From positions 1-52,490 of the forward strand of contig CALKOM010000111.1 in NCBI GenBank assembly GCA_938091905.1: 52,490 nucleotides of DNA. The letters run 5' to 3'. The stretch is from an uncultured Verrucomicrobiales bacterium. Lineage in GTDB: Bacteria; Verrucomicrobiota; Verrucomicrobiia; Verrucomicrobiales; DEV007. This document shows, one piece after another, positions 1-10,061 of this stretch. How positions within the stretch are numbered: position 1 is the stretch's first letter; each line of letters starts with the position of its first letter. The notes under the pieces were generated by a model. It saw only the letters and a program-made list of their open reading frames with translations. It did not search any database and was not told where the DNA came from. The position numbers and the translations under genes were made by a program.

Positions 1-704
1 GCGACGGCTACATCGCTTACAAAACACTCGCCAACAAAGTCTCGGGAATCCAACTCGCAGGCTGCTGGGCCCATGTACGTCGAAAGTTCAAGGACGCTCT
101 CAGGCATGCCCCAAAACAAGCCAGCTGGTTCATCCGACAGATCCAACTCCTCTACCGAATCGAAAAGAAGCTCCGAAAAGAAAACACCACACCCAAGCTA
201 CGACAGGTCATCAGATCCAGCCAAAGCCGCCCCATTCTCAGTCGGATTAAGAAAGCCCTCATGCTCAGCAAAGTCCGTCCCTCGATCCTCCCCGAAAGCA
301 CCCTAGGCAAAGCCATCGCCTTAAGCGAATGGCCCTACCTTGAAGTCTATCTCGAAGTAGGCCAAATTGAGATAGATAACAACAATGCCGAAAACACCAT
401 CCGCCCCACAGCCCTCGGAAAGAAGAACTGGATGTTCATCGGAGGAGCCCACACCGGCCAACGCAGCGCCATCATCTACACGGTCATCGAAAGCTGTCGC
501 CGACGTGGCATCTGCCCGCACGAATATCTAACAGACGTCCTCACCCGGCTGCCCAGCGCAACCACAAGCGACATCGAAAGCCTCACTCCCTCAGGCTGGG
601 CGGCAGCCAAAGGCGCCCCGAAGAAGAAAGCCGCCTAACTATGGCACCGGCACAAACCGTAGCAACGTCGTCCAAATCCCAACGGCTCGGGATGGACCGT
701 TTAC
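1..704 (+). mobile_element. IS66-family insertion sequence, right-hand part (cut by the window start)
   Basis: Contains a TnpC-like ORF. Ends in ...GGATGGACCGTTTAC at 704, whose reverse complement begins GTAAACGGTCC, matching the GTAA start of IS66 terminal inverted repeats. Confidence 0.85.
3..638 (+). CDS. tnpC: IS66 transposase TnpC, C-terminal part (partial)
   Basis: Frame is open from base 3: DGYIAY...GCWAHVRRKF...IDNNNAENTIRPTALGKKNWMF...YTVIESCRRRGICPHEYLTDVL, all typical IS66 motifs. Confidence 0.9.
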   Translation, partial: DGYIAYKTLANKVSGIQLAGCWAHVRRKFKDALRHAPKQASWFIRQIQLLYRIEKKLRKENTTPKLRQVIRSSQSRPILSRIKKALMLSKVRPSILPESTLGKAIALSEWPYLEVYLEVGQIEIDNNNAENTIRPTALGKKNWMFIGGAHTGQRSAIIYTVIESCRRRGICPHEYLTDVLTRLPSATTSDIESLTPSGWAAAKGAPKKKAA

Positions 705-762
705 GTTTCAAGCCCGACTAGTATTCTTGACCAGGCACTTGTGGAGCCGTCATCCTATGGTG

Positions 763-1455
763 ATGGGGCTCTTTCAAACCATGAATCTGATGCCTTCTTC
801 CACCTTGATGGCTGAGCCAGAACAGATGGCGCAGGATGAGCTTCTACTCGGAATTGCCGCCGATGCCGGGCGGCCAACCTTTCGCTCGTATAGTTGGGAT
901 GGTGTTGCTGTGTCGTTCGGCTATTTCCAGAGTCTGGCGACGATCAAAAAATCGTTCTCAAATCACGCGTTGGTAAGGCGATGGACCGGCGGCGGAGCCG
1001 TTCTTCACGGTGATTGCTATGAGCTTACCTATGCCCTGGCTGTTCCGGCTAGCTGGTCGTTCTCCAAATTACCGGCGAGTGAAACCTACCGTGCGATCCA
1101 TCAATACGTTGCTCATGCGCTTCAAGCAGTCGGCGTTTCTGGAAGAATGACTCTGGAGGCTGATGGCTCTACCGCACCTGGATTGGCCTGTTTCCAGAAT
1201 CCCGTGATGGGTGATATCCTTCTTGGCGAGACCGATGCGAAGGTCGCAGGCGCCTCTCAGCGCCGAACACGAGAAGGATTGCTGATCCAGGGCTCTATCA
1301 GGTTGCCGCAAGACATTCCAATTGAGTTAGAAATGGCCTTGGCTGAGGCATTGGGGAGTGAGTTGATCCCCGTGCCATCGAGCTCGTCCAGAGAAATCGC
1401 GGACCTGGTGGACTCTAAATATGGTCGGAGTGACTGGCTCGCTCGGAAACCGTAA
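763..1455 (+). CDS. Lipoate-protein ligase A / BPL-LPL family protein
   Basis: QMAQDELLL, VSFGYFQ, VRRWTGGGAVLH, CF..PV..D, KVAGASQRR motifs. Start uncertain (757, 763 or 781). Confidence 0.85.
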   Translation: MGLFQTMNLMPSSTLMAEPEQMAQDELLLGIAADAGRPTFRSYSWDGVAVSFGYFQSLATIKKSFSNHALVRRWTGGGAVLHGDCYELTYALAVPASWSFSKLPASETYRAIHQYVAHALQAVGVSGRMTLEADGSTAPGLACFQNPVMGDILLGETDAKVAGASQRRTREGLLIQGSIRLPQDIPIELEMALAEALGSELIPVPSSSSREIADLVDSKYGRSDWLARKP

Positions 1456-2553
1456 TCATTTCCTTAGCGCAATGATGCTTGCCTTGATCGCATCCAGGGT
1501 GACGGCATTTGAGACGAACGCATCCCCCAACTCACGTAGGAGGACGAAGCGGATATGGCCTTCTTCGAATTTCTTGTCACGGGAGAGGTAGTCGAGAATG
1601 ATGTCGTCGGTAATCGACTCTGGGATGGCCGTGGGCAGATGAAAAGCTTCTAGCAAAGATACGATCGTTGCCTTGCCCATGTCATCGAGATCGCTAAACA
1701 CGCACGAAAGACGGGCAGCAGCAATGAGACCAAGGCTGATGGCCTCTCCGTGGAGCAACTGGCCGTAGCCTGCCGCTGCTTCGATGCCGTGGCCAATGGT
1801 GTGGCCAAAGTTGAGCAGGGCACGAGTGCCCGTGGTTTCATATTCGTCCTCGACCACGACCTTCGATTTGATGGCAATGTTGCGTGCCATAAGCTCAGGC
1901 AAATTTGCGTGCCGGTCTTTCAAGACGGCTTCGATCATCGGGACCATGTCCGCGTCGCGGATAGCCGCGTGTTTAATAACCTCGGCAAAGCCTTCGCGGA
2001 ATTCGCGTTCTGGCAGGCTGTCGAGGGTCTCGGTGTCTGCCAGAACAAGGCGCGGCTGGTGAAAGACGCCGATGAGGTTCTTGCCCTCGGGCATGTTCAC
2101 GCCCGTCTTGCCGCCAACGGAGCTATCCACTTGAGAAACGATCGTGGTGGGAATCTGAACGTAGGGAACACCGCGGTAGAAGGTGCCGGCGACAAACCCG
2201 GCGAGATCACCGATGACACCACCACCTAACGCAACGACGAAGGCGTGTCGATCGCAGCCGTGCTCAATCATTTGCCGACAGAGGCTCTCTGCCTGTGAAA
2301 GGGATTTGGAGGCTTCCCCTGCGGGCACCGTTAGAAGCGTTGCCTTGTAACCTGCGGTATCGAGACTTGTGAGCGCTCGTTTTCCATAAAGAGGACCGAC
2401 GGTACTATCGGTGATGACGACGCACCGTTTGCGGAGCCCGAGGGGCGCGAGCTTGTCACCGAGCAGATCTAGCAAGCCTGGGCCGACATGCGCTTGGTAA
2501 GCACGGTCGCCTAACGGTACGTCTACGATAATGGGAGTCGTCGTCGCCATCAT
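1456..2553 (-). CDS. aroB: 3-dehydroquinate synthase
   Basis: GEASKS, ALGGGVIGDLAGF, PTTIVSQVDSSVGGKTGVN, LLNFGHTIGH, LHGEAI. Confidence 0.97.
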   Translation of the reverse strand: MMATTTPIIVDVPLGDRAYQAHVGPGLLDLLGDKLAPLGLRKRCVVITDSTVGPLYGKRALTSLDTAGYKATLLTVPAGEASKSLSQAESLCRQMIEHGCDRHAFVVALGGGVIGDLAGFVAGTFYRGVPYVQIPTTIVSQVDSSVGGKTGVNMPEGKNLIGVFHQPRLVLADTETLDSLPEREFREGFAEVIKHAAIRDADMVPMIEAVLKDRHANLPELMARNIAIKSKVVVEDEYETTGTRALLNFGHTIGHGIEAAAGYGQLLHGEAISLGLIAAARLSCVFSDLDDMGKATIVSLLEAFHLPTAIPESITDDIILDYLSRDKKFEEGHIRFVLLRELGDAFVSNAVTLDAIKASIIALRK

Positions 2554-2594
2554 GTCTGCTCTCGCACAGGGGGAGGGGAGTCAAGCGAGAATGC

Positions 2595-2668
2595 GTAGCT
2601 CGACCTTCCAAAGTCGCGAGCGTGGGTTCGCTTGGCGAGGTTGAGGCGACATTGGAAGGTCACCCTTC
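2595..2668. repeat. REP doublet (REPIN-like), family A
   Basis: GTAGCTCGACCTTCCAAAGTCGC...GCGACATTGGAAGGTCACCCTTC: an inverted pair of GTAG-hairpin units. Related copies at 23086 and 40182. Confidence 0.75.
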
Positions 2669-2673
2669 GTAGC

Positions 2674-5600
2674 TCAGAGCCCTTCGAGAGCCTTCTCCAA
2701 GCGCTTCTCTGAAACTTTGGCAGCTGTGCCGATTTCTGGAGCGAAGACTGCCACTCGGAACTCTTGGAGTTGCCAACCGAAAGCCCGTAAGGCCATGGGT
2801 GTTTCCAGTGGCTTGGAATCCCAATCTGTCAGGCGTTCGCGATAGGCACGCTCGAAGGGCAGGATGCGCTCTAGTTTTTGCAGGTCTTTGTTAGGTGGAG
2901 CGCTAAGCATGCGCGTCATGCGGGCTCCCATGGCTTTGAAATAGCGGGGATACTGTTTCAGACGAGGCGCCCATCCTCGAAGGAGGAATCCTGGGGTGAA
3001 GAGGTCCTCTAGTTGGCGGTCGATATCCAGAATGCTTTCGGAGTAGAGGCCACTGCGCTGGTCCTCGACCTGTTGACTAACGTTTTGATAATGCTCGATG
3101 ACTAAACCCACGATCTTGGCCACCGCTTGGGCGTGATCGAAGAGTTCACCGCGGAGCGGAATGACGCGCTCGTCGAACGATTCTGCATCGCGGATCTTTG
3201 GCGCGTTGGTTTCCGTGCCGCCAAGTGCGGTGTCGATGGTCAGCGCGACCAGATGCGCCAAGTTGTGTTTCCCCGCGCGCCCCAGGAAAGGCAGGAGGCT
3301 CTTGGAAAGGGCATCCAGTGGAAAGTGGTTGCGTACGTGATTGACCTGATCTTTAAGGCGTAGCTCAGCCAGCCGAACCAGGCCTAACCGATGCGCTGTT
3401 TGTGCAGAATCGTTGTCTGAGAAACAACGAACGCCCACCGTCTTGCCTTCATCGACCAATGCTGGATAACCCGGTGTCTGTTGAATAGTGACTTCGCTTG
3501 GAAGCTTGTCCTTTGGGAAATGTTTGAGGCCGCGTTGCTCCCACGTAGAGCTTTGTTCGTCGAACCACTCAGCAAGCTTGGTTTCCAGGCGCTGGCGCAA
3601 GGCGGCCAAGTCTTGGCCTGAGGCGACTTCCTTGCCGTCGTCATCGCCCACCCAGTAGCTGGGCTTTAAGTGCGGCGGAAGCGCTTCAAGATTAAAGTTT
3701 GTCGGCTCAATGATCCGTCCAAGATCGCGTGTGAGGTAGAGAGAAAGCGTGTCTATCAGGTCACCGGAGGGCGTTGTCGACGAGACAAAGGCTTCGGCAC
3801 GCTTCTCGTGCGGCTGGCAGGCAATGCGCAGCTCTTTAGGCAAGCCTTTGAGTAGCAGATGGACCTTCTCTTTGAGGAAACCCATTACCAACCACTCGCC
3901 CAGCCAGTCTGGCAGATCGCGCAGGTAACTTAGACTACAACCAAACGTGAGGCCATCTTGTGGCTCCCCTGGTTCGAGTTGGTAGTAAACGGGATAGGAG
4001 AACTCGCCATGAATGACTTCGTCAGGATAGTCATCCTCTGCAAAGGGATGGAGTTGAGGGTAGCAAATCGCTTCCTCGGTGAAGCAAAGAATGTCAGGAT
4101 TCTCAGCCTCGGCTTTCTCTCGCCATTTCTCGAAAGCTTTGCTCGTGCAAACCTGGTTTGGAATGACGTCGTCGAAGAATTCGTAGATGGCAGCCTGGCA
4201 GAGCAATGATTCAGGTTTGCGTAGCTTGGTCTCGCGCATCTTGACCGCAGCTACGGTGTCGGCATTACGTTCTCGGAAGCTTCCGCGAGTGCGGAGGTCT
4301 CCAGTGACGAGCGCCTCGGCAATGAAGGTCTTGCGCGCTTCCACTGGATGAATGCGTGCCAGGTGAACTCGACGATCTGCGAGGATGCGCAGCCCCACAC
4401 AACTGACATGCTCTTTCGCGTAGACGGCGCCTTGCTTGGAATCCCATTGTGGATGGGAGTAGGTGTAGCGACAAAGGTGAGGCACGGCATTCTCTAACCA
4501 CTCGGGTTCGATCGCGGCCACCTGCCTAGCAAAGAGGCGAGAAGTTTCCACGAGTTCGAATCCTAGCAGCCACTCAGGAAGCTTCTTGGCTTTGGAAAGG
4601 CCTGAGGCCGGGAAGATCATGAATTGCTGGGCCGTGCCACTCTTGTACTCTCGACGCTCTTCTTTGGCGGCGGCTCCGCGCGGGATGCCCGCCAGCAGGC
4701 TCTCATGGATCGGTAAGTAGTCGCCTTCCGTCGGTGGCTTCGACTTGTAGGGCAGCTTGCCGGACTTCATGAGCCCCGCAATTTCTCGCGCCACGCCTAG
4801 CCATTCCATGACACGGCGATAGTTTAGGAAACTCTTCCCACAGAAGCGGCGGAGCTGATTCTTACGTGACTGGCCACGGTCATCCAGATGCTCACAAAGA
4901 GCTCGCCACAGATGCAGGCGCGCCATGAAATCAGATTTGGGGTCTTGCCAGCCTTTGTGCGCAGCGTCAGCGATTTCGCGTTTCTCTCGTGGCCGCTCCT
5001 TGGGATCTTGCGTCGCCAAACCCGAGACGATCACGAGCATCCAGGGGAAAATGACATCGTGATGGTCTCGAGCATGAATGAGCATCTTGGAGAGGCAGGG
5101 ATCGATGGGGAGTCGCGCCATTTCTCGACCAATGTCCGTCAAGTGCTTGTCGTCGTCGAGAGCGCCTAGTTCTTGCAGTTGCTTGTAGCCTTCGGATACA
5201 AGCCTTCGTTGTGGCGGATCAATGAACGGAAAGTCTTCGATTGGTGGCAACCGCAGGCTCTTCATCTGCAGGATCACGCCTGCCAAGGATGTGCGGCGTA
5301 TCTCTGGGTCGGTGAATCCCGTGCGCCTTTCAAAATCGTCTTCATCGTAGAGCCTGACGCAAACCCCATTCGATACGCGGCCGCACCGACCGCGCCGTTG
5401 CCTCGCGCTCGCCTTCGAGATGCGCTCAGTCAGGAGGCGTTGAATGTGTGTGCGCGCGTCATAGCGATTGATACGTGCCAAGCCACTATCAATGACATAG
5501 ACAATGCCGGGGATCGTGATTGATGTCTCGGCAACGTTCGTTGCCAGAACGATCCGTTGCTGTCCAGGGCTCGATTTAAAGACGCCTTGCTGATCTTTCA

Positions 5601-6366
5601 GGCTCAGGCGGGCATAAAGCGGTAGGATCTGAGTCTTTGGAAACTGTTGTCCGGTGAGCAAGTCCGCCGTTTCCTGAATTTCCCGCTCTCCCGGCAGAAA
5701 GACGAGGATATCCCCCTGGCGATCCGTTTCGCGAATGGACTCGACGCCTCGCGTCACATGGGAAGCCAGATCCTCCCGACTGCTCTCCGCTGGAAGGTAA
5801 GTATCCTCCACCGGAAAGGTGCGCCCTTCGATCTCGATGATGGGCGCATCGCGAAAGAACTTGGAAAAGCGCTCCACGTCCAGGGTGGCCGAACTGATGA
5901 TCACCTTGAGATCGCGTCGACGCTCTAGCAGGTTATGCAAATAGCCCAAGGTGAAATCGATGTTCAGAGTCCGTTCATGGGCCTCATCCACGATGATGGC
6001 ATCATACTTGCGCAGCTGGCGGTCGCCTCGCGTTTCTGCTAGGAGAATGCCGTCTGTCATGAATTTGATCCGCGTCGTCTCGCTCGTCTGATCGAGAAAG
6101 CGAACCTGCACCCCTACGAGTTCTCCCAGTTTACAGCGGCATTCCTCGGCGACCCGTTTCGCCAGAGAAACGGCGGCGACCCGGCGGGGCTGGGTACAAC
6201 CAATGAGGCCTTTCCCTTGGAGCGCTTCATGACACATCTGCGGGAGCTGTGTGGTCTTGCCAGACCCGGTGTCACCAGAAACGACCACGATCTGATGGCG
6301 CCGGATTGCCTCCGCGATGGCGTCACGTTTCTCATGGATTGGTAGCTTGGGTGTCGGTGCAGGCAT
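2674..6366 (-). CDS. hrpA: ATP-dependent RNA helicase HrpA
   Basis: GDTGSGKTTQLP, CTQPRRVAA, DEAHER, SATLD, ATNVAETSITIPG, QRRGRCGR and a long HrpA-type C-terminus (EFRVAVFA..IGT...VSEKRL). Start chosen at ATG 6366. Confidence 0.95.
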   Translation of the reverse strand: MPAPTPKLPIHEKRDAIAEAIRRHQIVVVSGDTGSGKTTQLPQMCHEALQGKGLIGCTQPRRVAAVSLAKRVAEECRCKLGELVGVQVRFLDQTSETTRIKFMTDGILLAETRGDRQLRKYDAIIVDEAHERTLNIDFTLGYLHNLLERRRDLKVIISSATLDVERFSKFFRDAPIIEIEGRTFPVEDTYLPAESSREDLASHVTRGVESIRETDRQGDILVFLPGEREIQETADLLTGQQFPKTQILPLYARLSLKDQQGVFKSSPGQQRIVLATNVAETSITIPGIVYVIDSGLARINRYDARTHIQRLLTERISKASARQRRGRCGRVSNGVCVRLYDEDDFERRTGFTDPEIRRTSLAGVILQMKSLRLPPIEDFPFIDPPQRRLVSEGYKQLQELGALDDDKHLTDIGREMARLPIDPCLSKMLIHARDHHDVIFPWMLVIVSGLATQDPKERPREKREIADAAHKGWQDPKSDFMARLHLWRALCEHLDDRGQSRKNQLRRFCGKSFLNYRRVMEWLGVAREIAGLMKSGKLPYKSKPPTEGDYLPIHESLLAGIPRGAAAKEERREYKSGTAQQFMIFPASGLSKAKKLPEWLLGFELVETSRLFARQVAAIEPEWLENAVPHLCRYTYSHPQWDSKQGAVYAKEHVSCVGLRILADRRVHLARIHPVEARKTFIAEALVTGDLRTRGSFRERNADTVAAVKMRETKLRKPESLLCQAAIYEFFDDVIPNQVCTSKAFEKWREKAEAENPDILCFTEEAICYPQLHPFAEDDYPDEVIHGEFSYPVYYQLEPGEPQDGLTFGCSLSYLRDLPDWLGEWLVMGFLKEKVHLLLKGLPKELRIACQPHEKRAEAFVSSTTPSGDLIDTLSLYLTRDLGRIIEPTNFNLEALPPHLKPSYWVGDDDGKEVASGQDLAALRQRLETKLAEWFDEQSSTWEQRGLKHFPKDKLPSEVTIQQTPGYPALVDEGKTVGVRCFSDNDSAQTAHRLGLVRLAELRLKDQVNHVRNHFPLDALSKSLLPFLGRAGKHNLAHLVALTIDTALGGTETNAPKIRDAESFDERVIPLRGELFDHAQAVAKIVGLVIEHYQNVSQQVEDQRSGLYSESILDIDRQLEDLFTPGFLLRGWAPRLKQYPRYFKAMGARMTRMLSAPPNKDLQKLERILPFERAYRERLTDWDSKPLETPMALRAFGWQLQEFRVAVFAPEIGTAAKVSEKRLEKALEGL

Positions 6367-6460
6367 CGATGGCAGAGCGTTGCAGGCGCGAATGAACATC
6401 AACTAGAAGATTTCGCCACTCTCCTTTTGATACGTCTGGTTAGACTGGTTACAGAAAGGC

Positions 6461-6949
6461 GTGCCCGAAGAGAAACGTCCCAAACATGTCCAGATCTACA
6501 CCGATGGATCGTCCAAAGGAAATCCAGGTCCAGGTGGCTATGGCACCGTATTGGTCTTTGGTAAGTTTCGTAAAGAGATGTCACAGGGATACGCCTGCAC
6601 AACGAACAACCGCATGGAACTCATGGCCGTCATTGCGGGACTGGAAGCCCTTTTCGAGACTTGCGAAGCCACGGTGATTTCAGACTCCAAGTACGTCGTT
6701 CAAGCCTTCCAAGACAAGTGGATCGTGGGCTGGAGGAAACGTGGCTGGAAAACGGCCAAAAAGGAACCTGTGAAAAACAAAGACCTCTGGCTTCGTCTGG
6801 ACGCCCTCGCCAGTAAACACACGGTTCACTGGAAATGGGTCAAAGGCCACGCGGGCCACACCGAGAACGAACGCTGCGACTGGCTCGCCACGACGGCAGC
6901 CGATGGAAAGAATCTTCCGCCCGACGAAGGATTTGAGTCAGCCGGATAA
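6461..6949 (+). CDS. rnhA: Ribonuclease HI
   Basis: [48 protein letters not shown]. Confidence 0.97.
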   Translation: MPEEKRPKHVQIYTDGSSKGNPGPGGYGTVLVFGKFRKEMSQGYACTTNNRMELMAVIAGLEALFETCEATVISDSKYVVQAFQDKWIVGWRKRGWKTAKKEPVKNKDLWLRLDALASKHTVHWKWVKGHAGHTENERCDWLATTAADGKNLPPDEGFESAG

Positions 6950-6999
6950 GATTCTTGTCCGATTCCTCTTCTCAGGCTGCCGCATTCCATATGGGCCTG

Positions 7000-7791
7000 C
7001 TATTTCATCGAATCTAGCGCTTCGATTAACTCGTTGGGGGTGACCCTTACGCGCCAGTTGTCCGTGAGATTGCTCCAGGCGAGCTGGCCTTGGGTGTTGA
7101 GTATGAAGACGGCAGGGCGGGCGATGTCTTTGCCCATCATGCCTTCTTGGTGACGGACGCCAAACGCGTCGATGACTTGGAAATCAGGGTCTGAGAGGAT
7201 GGGAAAGGAGAGGCCGAGTTTGGTGACGATCTTGGCGCTGTCTTCAGGAGGATCGATGCTGATGGCGAGGATTTCCGTGTTACGGGCGGCAAATTCGGAT
7301 TGAGTGGACTGCAAACCTTGCAGTTCTGATAGACAGAAAGGTCACCAGTAGCCTCGGTAGAACGAAATGATGAGATTCTTGCCTCGGTAGTCAGCAAGGC
7401 TGACGTCATTGCCTTGATGATCATTAAGCGTGAAGGCTTTCGGTTGCTGCTCGAGGGCGAGTCTGTTGCTGGACTTGGGTAATTGATAGGAGTAAGAGAA
7501 GACGTAGAAACAGAAGAGGGCAACGATTAGAATACTCCCAGTCAGAAGCAGTGAACTGAAGATGCGTGCGCGGGTCAGGCGGGCTTTGCGGTTCCGCCAG
7601 CGGTACTTCCATGCCATCCATAGGCCGATAAGCATGATGGGGAAATTTACCCATGGGAAGTCGCGCGTGAGCGGGTACTTTGCAAACACCATGAAGTAGC
7701 TGAGAAAGCCGAGCAGGACGATGGGCAAGCCGAGCTTGCTCCAATCAAAGCGTGATTTGGGAGAGGGAGTGGGGGGGGCAGAGTTTGTCAT
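7000..7791 (-). CDS. Membrane-anchored AhpC/TSA (peroxiredoxin-like) selenoprotein; UGA at 7342-7344 read as Sec
   Basis: ORFs 7342..7791 and 7000..7314 are in frame and join as FYRGYW-UGA-PFCLSELQGL (UxxC at the thioredoxin-fold active site). About 3 N-terminal TM segments; a SECIS-like hairpin follows the UGA; 263 aa in total. Confidence 0.85.
7308..7324 (-). promoter_or_regulatory. Putative bacterial SECIS element
   Basis: ACUGCAA-GGU-UUGCAGU hairpin with 17 nt between it and the in-frame UGA, and G in the apical loop. Resembles the E. coli fdhF SECIS apex UGCAGGUCUGCA. Confidence 0.75.
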
Positions 7792-7854
7792 GGCCGACTG
7801 AGCAAGGGCGTCCTATTGGTGGAAGGACCTTAAAGGACCTACGCTGACTTCACA

Positions 7855-8127
7855 ATGACAGACAAGATAGACATCGCCGTTCGAGTGATTCCCAATGCGT
7901 CAGCAACGCGTTGTGAGTCGCGTGATCATGAAGGCGTTTACAAGATCCGTGTAGAGGCGGTGCCGGAGAAGGGACAGGCGAACAAAGCGCTTGTTCGTTT
8001 TCTGGCAAAGCAGCTTGGGGTGGGACGCAACTCCGTGGAACTGCTTTCTGGTGAGACCGGACGGCATAAACGTCTAGGAATTCACGGGCTCATTGACAAA
8101 GAGGTCCAGGCCCGCCTTCTCAATTGA
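7855..8127 (+). CDS. DUF167 (YggU) family protein
   Basis: VRVIPNAS, KIRVEAVPEKGQANKALVRFLAKQLGV, SGETGRHK. Confidence 0.9.
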   Translation: MTDKIDIAVRVIPNASATRCESRDHEGVYKIRVEAVPEKGQANKALVRFLAKQLGVGRNSVELLSGETGRHKRLGIHGLIDKEVQARLLN

Positions 8128-8141
8128 TTTCTGGCGCGGGG

Positions 8142-9377
8142 CTAGTTTGGGAGCTCCGCAATCATCTCCCGGGCATGGCGCATGAGGATCTCGCCGGTTT
8201 GCTCGCCGAGAGATGTCCGGGTGATGTAGTCGTAGCGCTTGAAGCTTGCCCAATCGACTTCGCTGAGAATGTAACCAAACGCATCATTGGTCAGGCCGAA
8301 CAGGAGCTGGTGGTCTCCACCCAATTTGCGTTTTAGATAGTATCCGATATTTGGCAGAGCCTCGCCCGGGATGGTGAGGATGCGGGCATCGCCCAGTTCG
8401 AGGAGATTCACCTGAGTCGTCACGCTGCCGTCCTCTGCGATAGGATGTTTTAGTGGCGATACCTGAATGACCTGGCGTAGCATCGGTGAGTCTATGGGGA
8501 AGCGAACACGACGGGTGTGACATTGTAGTTTCGGGTCCTTCTGAATGGGAGCCTCGTTCACGATCCGTAGGGCTTCACGACCTAACAAATCTCCGATTCG
8601 CTGACATTCCTCCCATGTCTGGACATGCTTGCCATCTGGTCTACGTACGTCTGCGGTAACCATGCCGCCCAGTGCACCATTCATGAACATGGCCATGCCA
8701 TTCGTTTCGGTCTCAATGCGATCCCATAAGGGGCCGATCAAGTCTGGACTCACCACTCCTTGCTTGGGACCCAGTACTTCCGGATGGATGGCGTAATTCA
8801 CGAGGGTGCCAATCACGCGATCATCGTCGCCTAGCGCCTGAATCACGCTACAGCGTGGATCATAGAGTTCGTCTGCGTAGTAGTTGAAGGCGATCCTTCC
8901 CTTTGCCTCTCCCGTTGCGATTTTGAGGCGAGCCGGAGCCAGCGTATCGACGGCCTCTTGCAGAGCCTTCGCGGTGAGTGTGCAAACGCGGTCAATGTAA
9001 TCCAAATCACACCCTGCCTTACCGTCTTCTCCAGGAAACCCATAGCAGTCTGGAGCGCTATGGGTGTGACTGGCCCCAATCAGGATGTGATTCGCTGGAA
9101 TGTCAGTCACTTGAGCCCGCACCCGGTCACCGAGTACCGAGGGGAAGCCCAAGAAATCGACAGCGATGAAAGCCACGTGCGTTTCCCCACGTTCGATCAC
9201 CATAGCTCGCGCGTAGAGGTCGCCTAACTTCTTCGTTGCAGGTCGCCCTGGGCCGAGGCCTCCGGAAACTGGCAACAGAGGATCAGGAGTCACCACGCGT
9301 TTACCCACACCCACTCGAATCTGTGCAGGAGATGGCAGAATGGCGACAATGATAAGGAAGAGAATGAGGTGAGTCAT
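8142..9377 (-). CDS. Secreted neutral/alkaline ceramidase-like protein
   Basis: Signal peptide; DLYARAMVI, IGASHTHSAP, LVNYAIHP, TIPGE, GLTNDAFGYI. Confidence 0.75.
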   Translation of the reverse strand: MTHLILFLIIVAILPSPAQIRVGVGKRVVTPDPLLPVSGGLGPGRPATKKLGDLYARAMVIERGETHVAFIAVDFLGFPSVLGDRVRAQVTDIPANHILIGASHTHSAPDCYGFPGEDGKAGCDLDYIDRVCTLTAKALQEAVDTLAPARLKIATGEAKGRIAFNYYADELYDPRCSVIQALGDDDRVIGTLVNYAIHPEVLGPKQGVVSPDLIGPLWDRIETETNGMAMFMNGALGGMVTADVRRPDGKHVQTWEECQRIGDLLGREALRIVNEAPIQKDPKLQCHTRRVRFPIDSPMLRQVIQVSPLKHPIAEDGSVTTQVNLLELGDARILTIPGEALPNIGYYLKRKLGGDHQLLFGLTNDAFGYILSEVDWASFKRYDYITRTSLGEQTGEILMRHAREMIAELPN

Positions 9378-9499
9378 CACATAGTACTCTCTACTGGAAG
9401 GAGGTGAATACCAAGTATAGAACAGACTTCGGTCTGGTTTACTCTCAGTATGGTCATGGATGGCATGATAGGGTATTCTCCCGGGAACTCACCACTCCC

Positions 9500-9727
9500 A
9501 TGATCACCTACAGTATTCGGTCCGGCGATACTCTGTCGCGCGTTGCACGCCAGCATGGCGTTCGCGTGCGGGATATTCTTCGGCATAATCCACAGATCAC
9601 TGATCCCAATCGACTCTTTATTGGACAGGTTATTCAAATTCCCGTCAACAAGCCTGCAGCGCATCCGGTCAACGCGAATTGGTTTGCTCAGCATGGGCCG
9701 CCGTGTTTGTCTTTCTTACAGGGGTGA
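9500..9727 (+). CDS. LysM-domain protein (short, probably truncated)
   Basis: YSIRSGDTLSRVARQHGVRVRDILRHNPQITDPNRLFIGQVIQIP is a single LysM. The 3' end runs into DUF1624 remnant sequence. Confidence 0.7.
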   Translation: MITYSIRSGDTLSRVARQHGVRVRDILRHNPQITDPNRLFIGQVIQIPVNKPAAHPVNANWFAQHGPPCLSFLQG

Positions 9728-10049
9728 GCGCCTGTCTCTATGGTGCTAAAGGATGCTCGTGTCTGGAGCTGAGTAGCTACTTGGTCACGCGAGGGTGCCG
9801 CTCTTCTTCTACCTCCTTCACTTCCCAATCGTTCGCCTCACTGGCACCCTGAAGAACCAATTGCTCTACGGACAGAACATTGATCTCTTCACGCAAGGCC
9901 AAGCCAGGCCTGATGGCTACACGCCAACGTTGTGGCTCGTCTATCTCGCTTGGGCAGGACTGATCCTCCTCTGCTTCTACCCCGCTTGCCGAAGGTATAG
10001 CTGTTTCAAGCGGGACCATCCCAATTCGTGGTGGGCCTGCTATCTTTGA
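9700..10049 (+). pseudogene. DUF1624 / HGSNAT-like membrane acyltransferase remnant with internal deletion
   Basis: N-region motif VFVFLTGVSACLYG...LSSYLVTRG (from 9703) abuts, out of frame, the C-terminal motif (R)VPLFFYLLH...YLAW...YPACRRY..FK.....WW..YL. No start and no middle region. Confidence 0.7.
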
Positions 10050-10061
10050 ACTCGTCCTCGA

